Assembly (NCBI GenBank): GCA_002085025.1 | Contig: MZGK01000021.1 | Coordinates: 1 to 43,262 of the forward strand | DNA: 43,262 nucleotides | Reading direction: 5' to 3' | DNA from: Candidatus Omnitrophica bacterium 4484_213 | GTDB lineage: Bacteria; Omnitrophota; 4484-213 | Shown: piece by piece, positions 1-10,016 of the stretch | Position numbering within the stretch: position 1 is the first letter of the stretch | Layout of the letters: every line of letters starts with the position of its first letter | Notes under the pieces: model-generated | What the model was told of the DNA's origin: nothing | Databases searched by the model: none | What the model saw: only the letters and a program-made list of their open reading frames with translations | Position numbers and translations under genes: made by a program

Positions 1-55
1 AAACGCGAATTTCCGCGAATCTGAGACGCTAATATTCGCGGGAATTCGTCTATTT

Positions 56-622
56 TTATTCGCGACTATTTACATTCCGCGTCTTAAACGGCATTCCAAA
101 CATTGTCAATAACTCTTTTGCTTCTTGTTTGGTCTTATTATTAGCAACTACAATCGTAATATCCATACCTCGTATTTTATCTACTGTATCTATGTCAATT
201 TCCGGAAAAGTAATCTGTTCTTTTATAGCCAGTGTATAATTCCCTTGCTGGTCAAAAACATCCTTTAGCCCCGAAAAATCTTTGACTCGGGGTAAAGCAA
301 CATTCACCAAACGGTCTAAAAATTCATACATCCTTTTTTTCCTTAAGGTAACCTTACATCCTACGCTCATCCCCTTTCTAATTTTAAAATTAGAAATAGA
401 CTTCTTCGCTTTTGTTTTTATAGGTTTTTGCCCGCTAATAAGAGCGAGCTCTTTGGCTATCTGGTCTAAAACCGCGCTCCCCTCTCCCGAACCCACATTT
501 ATAACAATCTTCTCCAGATATGGGGTTTGCATCCTATTCTTATAGCCAAATTTCTTTACCATTTGAGGAACAATCTCCTCTCTATATTTCTTTAACAGTC
601 TGGGAATATATTTCTTAGTCAT
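56..622 (-). CDS. rplE: 50S ribosomal protein L5
   Basis: [39 protein letters not shown] motifs; follows rplX. Confidence 0.97.
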   Translation of the reverse strand: MTKKYIPRLLKKYREEIVPQMVKKFGYKNRMQTPYLEKIVINVGSGEGSAVLDQIAKELALISGQKPIKTKAKKSISNFKIRKGMSVGCKVTLRKKRMYEFLDRLVNVALPRVKDFSGLKDVFDQQGNYTLAIKEQITFPEIDIDTVDKIRGMDITIVVANNKTKQEAKELLTMFGMPFKTRNVNSRE

Positions 623-649
623 ATTAAGGTTACCAACTCACCAGAAAAC

Positions 650-757
650 CACAGGGGTTAGAAAGGGATAGTAAGGGTTAACAAGGGGTAGTAGGGGAGT
701 TTCCCATTCCCTTTCTAAACCTTACCACCCCCTTATCACCCATACTAACCCTTTTTT
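650..757. repeat. G-rich/C-rich ~10-mer inverted repeat element, copy 1
   Basis: GGGGTTAGAAAGGGATAGTAAGGGTTAACAAGGGG arm followed by complementary C-rich arm ending CTAACCCTTTTTT; similar copies at ~4790, ~27075, ~32235. Confidence 0.85.
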
Positions 758-780
758 CCTCCCTGGTGTGCTGGTGATTT

Positions 781-1092
781 CTATATCTTCTCTCCGCACC
801 CCCTACACACTCTTATCTTAGAGCCGTCTTTAAGAATTTCTGTCCTAAACCTTGTTCCTCGTGAACATCTCGGGCAAAAAAGCATCACATTAGAAATATC
901 TAAGGGAGCCTCTTGAGAAATAATCCCTCCCTGGGGATTTCTCTGGCTTGGACGAGTGACTTTTTTAACTATATTTACCCCCTCTACAAGAACTTTCCTT
1001 TTGGGAGGAAAAACCTTCAAAACCTTTCCCTTCATTCCTTTATTCTTTCCGGCAACAGCAATGACTAAATCGCCTTTTTTTATTTGCAGCAT
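781..1092 (-). CDS. rplX: 50S ribosomal protein L24
   Basis: KOW motif IKKGD..VAGKNKG..GKV, VEGVN, EAPLDISNV, C-terminal CxxC pairs. Confidence 0.97.
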   Translation of the reverse strand: MLQIKKGDLVIAVAGKNKGMKGKVLKVFPPKRKVLVEGVNIVKKVTRPSQRNPQGGIISQEAPLDISNVMLFCPRCSRGTRFRTEILKDGSKIRVCRGCGEKI

Positions 1093-1220
1093 TTCATTCC
1101 TGTAAGTAGCGAGCAGAGAAACATCTACAAATTTACTAATCTATACGAATGCTTTTATTCGTAAATTCGTAAGAGACTCGTAATCAGTTGATAGTTTTCT
1201 TGTTACTCTCTACTTTTGGG

Positions 1221-1592
1221 CTATACCACTTCTGGTGCCAAGGAGATAATTTTAGTAAATCCTCTATCTCGCAATTCGCGAGCAACCGGGCCAAAAACCC
1301 GCGTTCCTCGCGGATTATTCTGGGCATCGACGAGAATCACAGCATTAGAATCAAACCGCAAATAAGAACCATCCTCTCGACGAACCGGACTCTTTGTCCT
1401 CGCTACTACCCCCCTAACTACCTCTCCTTTTTTTATCGTACTTCCCGGAATTACCTCTTTTACATTGCTGATAATAATATCCCCCACGGAAGCATATTTC
1501 CGATTGCCCCGCTTCAATACTTTAATACAAGAAACCTTCTTTGCCCCTGAATTATCAGCAACTGTCAAAATTGTGCGCATTTGAATCATCAC
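1221..1592 (-). CDS. rplN: 50S ribosomal protein L14
   Basis: [30 protein letters not shown]. Confidence 0.98.
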   Translation of the reverse strand: MMIQMRTILTVADNSGAKKVSCIKVLKRGNRKYASVGDIIISNVKEVIPGSTIKKGEVVRGVVARTKSPVRREDGSYLRFDSNAVILVDAQNNPRGTRVFGPVARELRDRGFTKIISLAPEVV

Positions 1593-1666
1593 TTAAACAA
1601 TGACGAATTCCTCACCGACCAATTAAGGAATGAGTTTAATTTCCCCCTTTCATCATTCGGGTTTCG

Positions 1667-1906
1667 TCATTTGCTAATTTCTACTATCCTCCACCTCTTG
1701 TCTTTGGACAAAGGACGCGTTTCTCTAATCTTCACTTTCTCCCCTATTTTGCTTTTATTCTCTGGGTCATCAACCTTGAGTTTGGAAAACTTCTTGATTA
1801 TCTTATTATAAACCGGGTGTTTAACTAAACGCATAACCTTCACCACTCTGGTTTTATCCATTTTATCGCTTACTACTATTCCTGTCCTTTCCTTACGCTT
1901 GCTCAT
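1667..1906 (-). CDS. rpsQ: 30S ribosomal protein S17
   Basis: [26 protein letters not shown]. Confidence 0.97.
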   Translation of the reverse strand: MSKRKERTGIVVSDKMDKTRVVKVMRLVKHPVYNKIIKKFSKLKVDDPENKSKIGEKVKIRETRPLSKDKRWRIVEISK

Positions 1907-2112
1907 TTTTCCTCTCTCTTTGTAGGGTTTTTCCTCTCTCTTTGTAGAGTTAAGACCCGCGCAATATCTTTTCTCATCTGCTTAATTTGAGCAAACTTTT
2001 CAAGCTTCCCTGTTTTCATCTTTTGTCTTAAAATAAAGAGTTCTCTTCTCAAAGCCTCTAATTTCTGCGTCAATTCTTCTTTGGTTAATTCTCGCAATTC
2101 TTTCGCTTTCAT
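1903..2112 (-). CDS. rpmC: 50S ribosomal protein L29
   Basis: MKAKELREL...RKDIARVLT; lies between rplP and rpsQ. Confidence 0.96.
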   Translation of the reverse strand: MKAKELRELTKEELTQKLEALRRELFILRQKMKTGKLEKFAQIKQMRKDIARVLTLQRERKNPTKREEK

Positions 2113-2119
2113 TCAATAA

Positions 2120-2284
2120 GTTCATAACTTACGGAAGTGCGGAGCACGACGTAGGTTATTTGAACGCATTGAACCCTGCTAAATCCGCCTCCGGCGGAAT
2201 TTCGCCTTCAGCGAAATTATTCAACAGGGTAAATTCAACTAACAGATCTGCGAAGCACAAAGTGTTTCGCAAATCTGAGTTTCA
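2120..2284. mobile_element. Composite three-hairpin REP/MITE element, copy 1
   Basis: Central CCCTGCTAAA...TTCAACAGGG unit nearly identical to the one at ~5838-5893; same flanking layout ending GTTTCA. Confidence 0.7.
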
Positions 2285-2285
2285 T

Positions 2286-2690
2286 TTACCGTTCTACAAA
2301 CTCCGTTCGAAAAGGCAATTTATGAGCACAAAGCCGCATTGCCTCGCGGGCTAACTCCCGAGGAACCCCTTCTATTTCAAATAAAACCCTTCCTGGCCGA
2401 ACTACACAAACCCAATGGTCGGGCGTCCCCTTTCCTTTACCCATCCTTGTTTCCGCTGGTTTCTTGCTTACTGGTTTATCCGGGAAAACCCTTATCCAGA
2501 TCTTTCCTCCCCGTTGAACCTTACGGGTTAAAGCCACACGGGCGGCTTCAATCTGATTATCCCTAAACCAGCCACACTCGATTGCTTTCAAACCATATTT
2601 ACCAAAATTAAGCTGGCAACTTTTTGTACTTATCCCCTTGCGACGGCCCCGCTGGATTCTACGGTATTTAACTCTCTTTGGCATTAACAT
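2286..2690 (-). CDS. rplP: 50S ribosomal protein L16
   Basis: [27 protein letters not shown]. Confidence 0.98.
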   Translation of the reverse strand: MLMPKRVKYRRIQRGRRKGISTKSCQLNFGKYGLKAIECGWFRDNQIEAARVALTRKVQRGGKIWIRVFPDKPVSKKPAETRMGKGKGTPDHWVCVVRPGRVLFEIEGVPRELAREAMRLCAHKLPFRTEFVER

Positions 2691-2750
2691 TGTTATAAGA
2701 ACTGAAGAACATAAGAACTAAAGAATTTTGTTCTTCCGTTTTTTAGTTCC

Positions 2751-3464
2751 TCAGTTTTTAGGTTTCCATTTTGATTTTTCTCGAGAAGCCTTGTTTAAAA
2801 ATTTGCTCTCTGAACCAAAAGAACTTTGGTTTAGCTTCTTATTAATCTCTTCCCCTTTATAAACCCATACCTTTACTCCGATTATGCCATAAGTAGTGTG
2901 GGCCTCCCAAAATCCATAATCAATATTCGCCTTGAAGGTATGTAAAGGGATCTTTCCCTCGCGATATCCCTGGCTACGAGCAATCTCTGCTCCGGCTAAT
3001 CTCCCTGTACAAACTATTCTTATTCCTCTTATGCCATGGCTTAGGGCTGAACTAATTGCCTTCTTCATTGCCCGCCGAAAGGGAACTCGTTTCTCTAACT
3101 GAAAAGCCACTCCTTCGGCAATTAATTGGGCATCTGTTTCTACTTCTTTCATTTCCTTTATATCAATATAAACATCTCTTTTTATCAAATTATAAATGTC
3201 CTCTTTCAAGCGGTCAATCTCCTGCCCCCTTCTGCCAATAATTATCCCTGCCTTGGCTGGATAAATATCAATTTTAACCTTATCGCCAAGGCGACTTATC
3301 TCAATCTTAGAGATTCCACTATGCAAGAGTTTCTTTTTAATATAGCGGCGGATAAGGATATCCTCATAAAGAAACTGGGCGTATTGTTTTCTGTCAAACC
3401 ACTTTGACCGCCACTGCTTGGTCAGAATCAAGCGATTGCTTAAGGGTAATATCTTCTGTCCCAT
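2751..3464 (-). CDS. rpsC: 30S ribosomal protein S3
   Basis: MGQK, KH motif GIIIGRRG, GRLAGAEIAR, PLHT, TTYGIIGVKVW. Confidence 0.98.
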   Translation of the reverse strand: MGQKILPLSNRLILTKQWRSKWFDRKQYAQFLYEDILIRRYIKKKLLHSGISKIEISRLGDKVKIDIYPAKAGIIIGRRGQEIDRLKEDIYNLIKRDVYIDIKEMKEVETDAQLIAEGVAFQLEKRVPFRRAMKKAISSALSHGIRGIRIVCTGRLAGAEIARSQGYREGKIPLHTFKANIDYGFWEAHTTYGIIGVKVWVYKGEEINKKLNQSSFGSESKFLNKASREKSKWKPKN

Positions 3465-3499
3465 TTGGCTCCTGAATTATTTCATCGAGATTAAAAACT

Positions 3500-3821
3500 T
3501 TAATTCTATCCCTTTTCTTTTTAATCTCTTGAATTAAACTATCTTCTTGTTTTAAACTCTTTGGACGAAAATCCGATCGGCTCTAATCCTTGGCGGACCT
3601 CTTCACCTTTCCTTTTGCTCCAAATATTCTAATGTTTGAAGACTATCTTTAAACTTAGGCGAGACAATGCAAACATTAATGTCGCTCCACTTTTTTCTTC
3701 CATTTATCTGCGAACCAAAGATAATTACTTGATTTATAGGAAAAGCATCTTCCTGAGATAATCTCTGAACATATCGTTTGACGATTTTGCTTGCTTTTTT
3801 TGCAATTCTTCTTTTAACCAT
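3500..3821 (-). pseudogene. Minimal nucleotidyltransferase (MNT antitoxin-like), degraded
   Basis: IIFGSQ...WSDINVCIVS with DxD changed to DIN; early stop at 3603; LEPIGFS tail resumes downstream. Confidence 0.7.
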
Positions 3822-3945
3822 AAGAATAAACTTTGAGTTATCTTCAAATATTTCTGGGCAGATTCTCTTTTATTATACCTCTTATAAAACTCAAATTTTT
3901 CATCGGCATAACGGCCGGCAATATTAAAAGTAGAAATTTGGCATT
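3734..3945 (-). pseudogene. HEPN-domain C-terminal fragment
   Basis: FNIAGRYADEKFEFYK...YLKITQSLFLWLK resembles HEPN C-terminus; 5' part absent, abuts REP hairpin at 3947. Confidence 0.6.
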
Positions 3946-3946
3946 C

Positions 3947-3969
3947 TGTCCGAAGCGAAACTTCGGACA
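3947..3969. repeat. REP hairpin TGTCCGAAGCGAAACTTCGGACA
   Basis: Perfect stem; exact reverse-complement copy at 34274-34296 and a variant near 34095-34115. Confidence 0.85.
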
Positions 3970-4055
3970 TTTACTTCGGACAGTGTTTTAATGATTATTG
4001 CCTGTCTAAGAAGAAATGTGCACGTCCCTAATTTCCGTGTCCCCAATTTTCCTAA

Positions 4056-4773
4056 TTAGCAGCAGAGGGCGTAAGCTTTTACGCAGGCATTCCCATCTGG
4101 GCTTGATTCCCAATATAGTCCCGGTCCATAAATATGCCAAGTTCCGCCTTTCCAGCAGTTTTTGGATATGATTTCTGGATGCCATTGGCACTAGTCGACA
4201 GATGACCACTACATTCTCCACCACCACTTATTAACCATTTATCTGAGGGACAGGAAACATCACAACTAATTGAGCCGGAGTACTGGCAGCATTCCTTCTC
4301 AACAATCTCACAATCACTAAATCCTCCTTCCCTACCAACTCCCCTCACCTCATAGACAGTATCACTTTGGCTATCCCAGCCAGCGGTATAATCATACTGA
4401 TGATTGGGGTTACCTGTGGGATAGGTATCCTTGAAGATAACTACATCATTAGCATTAAAGCTTATCTCTTCTTTACTGCCATCGGGCATAATCTTAAATC
4501 CTCCGGTTTTATTATCATATCCTCCTTCTTCTACCGGTTTTCTCCAATACATACCATCAATCCTGCTGCTCCCCATTATACTTGCCCTTTGGGCAAGTCC
4601 CCTAACTCACTTTGAGAACCTATTGGGGTTACAATAGTGCGGATTTTTATTTCATCAGCAGAAGCGGGTAGCGGGGTACAGGTAGAGGGTAGCGGGCAAA
4701 AGACAGAAAACAGAAGAAACAAAAAAGCGGAAACCGATAACCGCAAACCAATAACCGAAAATAGCTTTTTCAT
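4056..4773 (-). pseudogene. Secreted protein with Cys-rich C-terminal domain, two frameshifts
   Basis: Signal peptide (ORF 4576-4773), shift at ~4577 into ORF 4079-4576 (CPSDKWLISGGGEC...SYP), second shift at ~4150 to GTWHIY...KAYALCC*. Confidence 0.65.
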
Positions 4774-4790
4774 TTTGACTCCCTTGACTA

Positions 4791-4875
4791 TGGGTTAACA
4801 GGGGTTAGTATAGGTTAGTAAGGGCTAGAAAGGGAATGAAAAACTCCCTTCCTACCCCTCGCTAACCCTTTTTTC
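4791..4875. repeat. G-rich/C-rich inverted repeat element, copy 2
   Basis: GGGTTAACAGGGGTTAGTA...GGGCTAGAAAGGG arm and CTAACCCTTTTTT end. Confidence 0.75.
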
Positions 4876-4885
4876 CTTAGCGAAC

Positions 4886-5221
4886 TTATTTCCTATCTAA
4901 CTCTACATACAAATGCACTGTGCGGTGCAATATCGGTGTTGCCCTGCCCATTGCCTTCGGTTTAAACCTCTTTAGGCGCGGACCATCCTCGGCAACTATC
5001 TTGGCAATATAAATATCCTTGGGACCTATTTCTTTCTCCTTTTGTTGGGCATTGCTGATTGCTGATTTTAAAACCTTTTGAACACAATAGACTGCTCTTT
5101 TGTTGGTAGCCTCTAATATCGCTAAAGCCTTATCTACCCTCTCTCCCCGAATTAGGTCAATGACCTTTCTTACTTTATAAGGGCTTCCCTTCAAGTATTT
5201 TCCTTTTGCGGAGGCAAGCAT
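4886..5221 (-). CDS. rplV: 50S ribosomal protein L22
   Basis: SPYKVRKVIDLIRG, SAISNA, GPRLKRFKPKAMGRA. Confidence 0.97.
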   Translation of the reverse strand: MLASAKGKYLKGSPYKVRKVIDLIRGERVDKALAILEATNKRAVYCVQKVLKSAISNAQQKEKEIGPKDIYIAKIVAEDGPRLKRFKPKAMGRATPILHRTVHLYVELDRK

Positions 5222-5254
5222 AATAACTCAACTTTGGCCTTACCAAAGTTGAGA

Positions 5255-5465
5255 AGCACCAAATTACAAGCACCAGATTACAAACAAGCACCAAATTACA
5301 ATAACCAATGACCAAAACAACTACTTAAGAGCATTCTCTTGTTATTCTTTGTTCAATCATTGTAATTTTGGTTCACCCTGTTAAATAATTCCGCCAGAGG
5401 CGAAATTGCCACGAAGTGGTATTTAACAGGGGCAATTGTGATTTGTAATTTGGGATTTGGAATTT
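5255..5465. repeat. Inverted heptamer-repeat array with a MITE nested at ~5377-5432
   Basis: CACCAAATTACAA/ATAACCAATGACCA left arm; TTGTAATTTTGG...TTTGTAATTTGGGATTTGG right arm interrupted by CCCTGTTAAATA...TATTTAACAGGG. Confidence 0.8.
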
Positions 5466-5494
5466 TACGAACTTTGGCACTTGCCAAAGTTCGG

Positions 5495-5779
5495 TCATTT
5501 CTTATCCTTTGATTTTTCTGTCTTTGAACCGTGTTTTTTAAAGATACGCGTAGGAGCAAACTCACCCAATTTATACCCTACCATATTTTCAGAAACAAAC
5601 ACGGGGATAAAACTCTTTCCATTATGAACAAGAAAGGTATATCCGACAAACTCCGGAATTATTGTTGAACGACGCGACCAGGTCTTGATCGCCTTTTTTT
5701 CTCTGCTATTTCTTAATCTGTTTATCTTTTCTAATAATCCCCTATCCACATAAGGCCCTTTCTTGATTGATCGTCCCAT
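5495..5779 (-). CDS. rpsS: 30S ribosomal protein S19
   Basis: [31 protein letters not shown]. Confidence 0.98.
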   Translation of the reverse strand: MGRSIKKGPYVDRGLLEKINRLRNSREKKAIKTWSRRSTIIPEFVGYTFLVHNGKSFIPVFVSENMVGYKLGEFAPTRIFKKHGSKTEKSKDKK

Positions 5780-5784
5780 TCAAT

Positions 5785-5947
5785 GAGCCCCAAACTTATG
5801 GAGTGCAAGCGAACATAAGTTTGTTGGGCGAATTGAACCCTGTTAAATCCGCCTACGGCGGAATTCCGCCTTCAGCGAAATTATTTAACAGGGTAAGTTC
5901 AACCATACGATTTAGCTTCGGCTTCGTCTCGCTAAATCGTGGTTTCA
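5785..5947. mobile_element. Composite three-hairpin REP/MITE element, copy 2
   Basis: CCCTGTTAAATCCGCC...TTATTTAACAGGG core with flanking hairpins; terminal GTTTCA coincides with the rpoC TGA. Confidence 0.7.
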
Positions 5948-8900
5948 CTTAAACCCTGTCCCTGCGGGGATAAGGTGACCCATAATTACATTCTCCTTCA
6001 AGCCCAATAGATCATCTCGTTTTCTAGCTATGCTGGCTTCGCTAAGAATACGGGTAGTCTCTTGAAAACTGGCGGCGGAAATAAAACTCTCGGTAGCCAA
6101 AGAAGAACGAGTAATCCCTAACAAAACTAAAGAGGCCTGGGCTAAACGTTTATTTTCCTTGCGCATCTTCTCATTCTCAGCCTCAAATTCAAAGCGGTCT
6201 ACCTGTGAACCAGTTAAAAACTTGGTGTCTCCGGGGTCTTCTATCTTTACCTTTTTTAGCATCTGGCGAATAATTATCTCAATATGCTTATCATTAATCT
6301 CCACTCCCTGAACGCGATAAACCTCCTGAATTTCATTTACCAGGCATTCCTGCAATCTCTTAAAACCGGAAACCTTCAAGATATCCTGTAAAACAATAGA
6401 GCCCTCAGTAAGTTGTTGTCCCGCAGTAACATGGTCTCCGCGATAGACATCTAAACGCTTACCATGGGGAATAAGATATTCCTTCTTGGTTCCGGCCGGG
6501 TTGCTAATTATAATCTTTCTTTCTCCTCGTATAGATTCCTCTAATTCCACCACGCCGTCAATCTCGGAAATAATTGCCGGGTCTTTTGGCTGGCGGGCTT
6601 CAAAGAGCTCAGCCACGCGCGGGAGCCCCCCAGTAATATCCCTGGTTTTAGAAATCCCCCGAGGGATCTTAGCCAAAAGGTCACCACTGTGTACCTGCTG
6701 ACCGTTCTCGACAGCAATATGTGCCTGTGCCGGAAGAGGATAAAAAGCAAGAATATCTCCCTTCCTATTTTGAATAATAATCTGTGGATGCAGGTCCTCC
6801 CTTCTATAATCAACTATTACCCGTTCAGTCACCCCGGTAGAAGGATTTCGTACCTCGTGCATAGTTACGCCCTTCTTTATGTCTTCAAATCTCACCATTC
6901 CGTTTACTTCTGTTAATATTGGCAGATTATAAGGGTCCCATTTAGCCACTATCTTTCCTTTCTCTACTTCTTTATTCTCCTCGGCTATTATCGCTCCTAA
7001 GGGAACAACATGCTTTTCTAATTCCCGACCTTCTTTGTCCTGAATGCTTATCTGCCCAGAGCGACTGAGAACAATCAAGTCTCCTTCATGCATCCTGGCG
7101 GTCTTTAAATTATGATATTTAATTATCCCTTTGTTTTTGACTTTAACAAAAGAGCGCTCAACTACCCGACTGGCTGTCCCTCCAATATGGAATGTCCTAA
7201 GCGTTAACTGCGTCCCTGGTTCTCCAATGGACTGAGCAGCAATAATCCCCACTGCTTCTCCTAACTCCACTGACCTACCGGTAGCCAAATTCCGACCATA
7301 GCACTTAGCACAAACCCCTTTTTTTGCCTCACAGGTGAGCATCACTTTGTCGTTTACTACATTGACAATCCTATCCACGGCAACCCTGCCTACTATTCTC
7401 TCTTTCAAGCTGGTTACAACCTTATCTCCCTCAATAATGGCGGAAACAAAAACTCCGTTTAGAGTCCCGCAATCCTCCTCTGTAACAATTACATCCTGAG
7501 CCACATCAATAAGACGTCGGGTTAAATAACCTGCATCAGCGGTCTTGAGAGCAGTATCAGCCAATCCCTTGCGTCCACCATGGGTAGAAATAAAGTACTC
7601 AAGTACAGTAAGCCCTTCCCGAAAATTAGCAATGATTGGATTCTCAATAATCTCTCCCGAGGGCTTAGCCATCAATCCTCGCATTCCTGCTAATTGTCTA
7701 ATTTGTTGTTTGGAGCCACGCGCCCCGGAATCAGCCATCATAAATAAGGAATTAAAATCTCCCAAGCCATTAAATGTTAAATCAGCAACCTCATCGCTGG
7801 TGTGCGTCCAGATATCAACGAGTTTATTATGCCTTTCACCTTTAGTAATTAATCCTTTCTGGTACTGTTTATTAATCTCGGCAAGTTTTTCTCGAGCTTC
7901 TTTTATATATTTCTCCTTCTGAGCAGGAATTTTTACATCGCTTATCGCAATCGAAAGTCCGGAAAAAGTAGCATATTCAAACCCGATTTTCTTTAAACGA
8001 TCCAAAAGGAGTACGGTTTGCCCCTGACCGAATTTACGCAAGCAGGTAGAAATTATCTCTTTCAATTTAGATTTATCGACGACTTCATTAATAAACCCAA
8101 ATCCTTCAGGGAGAACTTGGTTGAATAAAACTCTACCTACAGTAGTAGTAATTAATTTCTGTCTTCTGTCTTCTCTCTTCCCTTTTGCGTCCTCTATTTT
8201 TATCCAGGAATGCAAACCAATCTTCTCATTTTGAAAAGCAACAACTACTTCTTCTAAATTACTAAAAGTAAGGATTCTCTCTGATTCCTTATTATATCTA
8301 GATTTGGTTAAATAATAACAGCCCAGAGCCATATCCTGGGAAGGAACAGCAATCGGCTTACCATTAGCCGGGGAAAGAATATTATTGGCTGATAACATCA
8401 ATAGGCGCGACTCTGTTTGGGCTTCAATAGATAAGGGAATATGAATAGCCATCTGGTCCCCATCAAAATCAGCATTAAATGCAGTACACACTAAAGGGTG
8501 AATGCGAATAGCATCTCCTTCTGTAAGCAGAGGTTGAAAGGCTTGAATTCCTAAACGATGCAAAGTAGGAGCGCGGTTTAATAAAACAGGATGTTCTTTA
8601 ATTACCTCTTCTAAAATATCCCACACCTCCTGGCACACCTTCTCTACCATTTTTCGGGCCCCTTTAATAGTATGGACAAAATCTCTATCTCTTAATCTTT
8701 TAATAATAAAGGGCTTGAATAACTCCAGAGCCATCTTTTTGGGGATGCTGCACTGATGAAGCTTAAGCTCAGGCCCAACAACAATCACTCCCCTACCTGA
8801 ATAATCAACCCTTTTCCCTAATAAATTCTGACGAAATCTCCCCTGTTTCCCACGCAGGGCGTCACTTAAAGACTTTAAGGGTCGGTTATTAGCCATTATT

Positions 8901-9925
8901 ACGCGCCCATGTCTTCCGTTATCCAAGAGAGCATCTACTGCTTCCTGGAGCATCCTTTTCTCATTGCGAATAATAATGCTTGGGGCATCTAATTCCATAA
9001 GTCGCTTTAGGCGATTATTTCTATTGATGACCCGCCGATATAAATCATTCAGGTCACTAGTAGCAAATCTTCCTCCATCTAAAGCTACCAGTGGCCTTAA
9101 ATCCGGCGGGATTACCGGAAGGACCTCTAAAATCATCCACTCAGGTTTGTTATCTGATTGCCTAAATGCCTCTACAATCTTCAATGTCTTGATTATCTTG
9201 TGTTTGTTTGTGCCTGATTTATATCCTCCCCTAACAAGTCCTTTATTCTCCGCTTTATGGGAGGCGAGAGCTTTGCGCAAACGAGAAGACATACGTCCTA
9301 GATCAACCCTGGACAAAAGTTCCTTTATCGCTTCTGCTCCCATTTTAGCCCTGAACTCCCTTGGTGAATCCTCTGTTCGCTCTTTAATACTGCGAACACT
9401 ACTCTTATTCTGTTTTGGAGATTTCTCTAACGGGGTGAATTTCAGGTTTTGCCTTAATGCCTGCTGATACTCCTCTTCATTCAGAAGTTGCTTTGGTTTA
9501 AAAGAAGTCTCGCCAGGGTCAATAACTATATACTTCTCATAATAAAGTACCTTCTCTAAATCCTGAACACTCATTTCTAATAAACTGCCGATAGCACTTG
9601 GAAGAACCTTAAAAAACCAAATATGAGAAACCGGAGCGGCTAATTCAATATGACCCATTCGCTCCCGACGAACACGGGAATAAGTAACCTCTACCCCGCA
9701 ACGGTCACAAATAACCCCTTTATGCTTAATCCCTTTATATTTTCCGCAACTACACTCCCAATCCTTTACCGGGCCAAATATCTTCTCGCAAAATAGACCA
9801 TCCTTTTCGGGCTTAAATGTGCGGTAATTAATCGTCTCCGGTTTCTTCACCTCTCCTCTTGACCACGACCTAATTTTTTCAGGAGAAGCTAAACCAATAC
9901 TTATACTATCAAAATGGAAAGCCAT
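5945..9925 (-). CDS. rpoC: RNA polymerase beta' subunit (with an insertion and an apparent in-frame gap)
   Basis: NADFDGD catalytic motif, Zn-ribbon [37 protein letters not shown]. Confidence 0.98.
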   Translation of the reverse strand: MAFHFDSISIGLASPEKIRSWSRGEVKKPETINYRTFKPEKDGLFCEKIFGPVKDWECSCGKYKGIKHKGVICDRCGVEVTYSRVRRERMGHIELAAPVSHIWFFKVLPSAIGSLLEMSVQDLEKVLYYEKYIVIDPGETSFKPKQLLNEEEYQQALRQNLKFTPLEKSPKQNKSSVRSIKERTEDSPREFRAKMGAEAIKELLSRVDLGRMSSRLRKALASHKAENKGLVRGGYKSGTNKHKIIKTLKIVEAFRQSDNKPEWMILEVLPVIPPDLRPLVALDGGRFATSDLNDLYRRVINRNNRLKRLMELDAPSIIIRNEKRMLQEAVDALLDNGRHGRVIMANNRPLKSLSDALRGKQGRFRQNLLGKRVDYSGRGVIVVGPELKLHQCSIPKKMALELFKPFIIKRLRDRDFVHTIKGARKMVEKVCQEVWDILEEVIKEHPVLLNRAPTLHRLGIQAFQPLLTEGDAIRIHPLVCTAFNADFDGDQMAIHIPLSIEAQTESRLLMLSANNILSPANGKPIAVPSQDMALGCYYLTKSRYNKESERILTFSNLEEVVVAFQNEKIGLHSWIKIEDAKGKREDRRQKLITTTVGRVLFNQVLPEGFGFINEVVDKSKLKEIISTCLRKFGQGQTVLLLDRLKKIGFEYATFSGLSIAISDVKIPAQKEKYIKEAREKLAEINKQYQKGLITKGERHNKLVDIWTHTSDEVADLTFNGLGDFNSLFMMADSGARGSKQQIRQLAGMRGLMAKPSGEIIENPIIANFREGLTVLEYFISTHGGRKGLADTALKTADAGYLTRRLIDVAQDVIVTEEDCGTLNGVFVSAIIEGDKVVTSLKERIVGRVAVDRIVNVVNDKVMLTCEAKKGVCAKCYGRNLATGRSVELGEAVGIIAAQSIGEPGTQLTLRTFHIGGTASRVVERSFVKVKNKGIIKYHNLKTARMHEGDLIVLSRSGQISIQDKEGRELEKHVVPLGAIIAEENKEVEKGKIVAKWDPYNLPILTEVNGMVRFEDIKKGVTMHEVRNPSTGVTERVIVDYRREDLHPQIIIQNRKGDILAFYPLPAQAHIAVENGQQVHSGDLLAKIPRGISKTRDITGGLPRVAELFEARQPKDPAIISEIDGVVELEESIRGERKIIISNPAGTKKEYLIPHGKRLDVYRGDHVTAGQQLTEGSIVLQDILKVSGFKRLQECLVNEIQEVYRVQGVEINDKHIEIIIRQMLKKVKIEDPGDTKFLTGSQVDRFEFEAENEKMRKENKRLAQASLVLLGITRSSLATESFISAASFQETTRILSEASIARKRDDLLGLKENVIMGHLIPAGTGFK

Positions 9926-10016
9926 AATTTTAGCCAGAGGACAGTTTACAGTCTATAGAAAAAATCTGTCTCCTGTTATCTGTTTTCTGTATCCTTGCAG
10001 TTCTTTTATTAAAACA

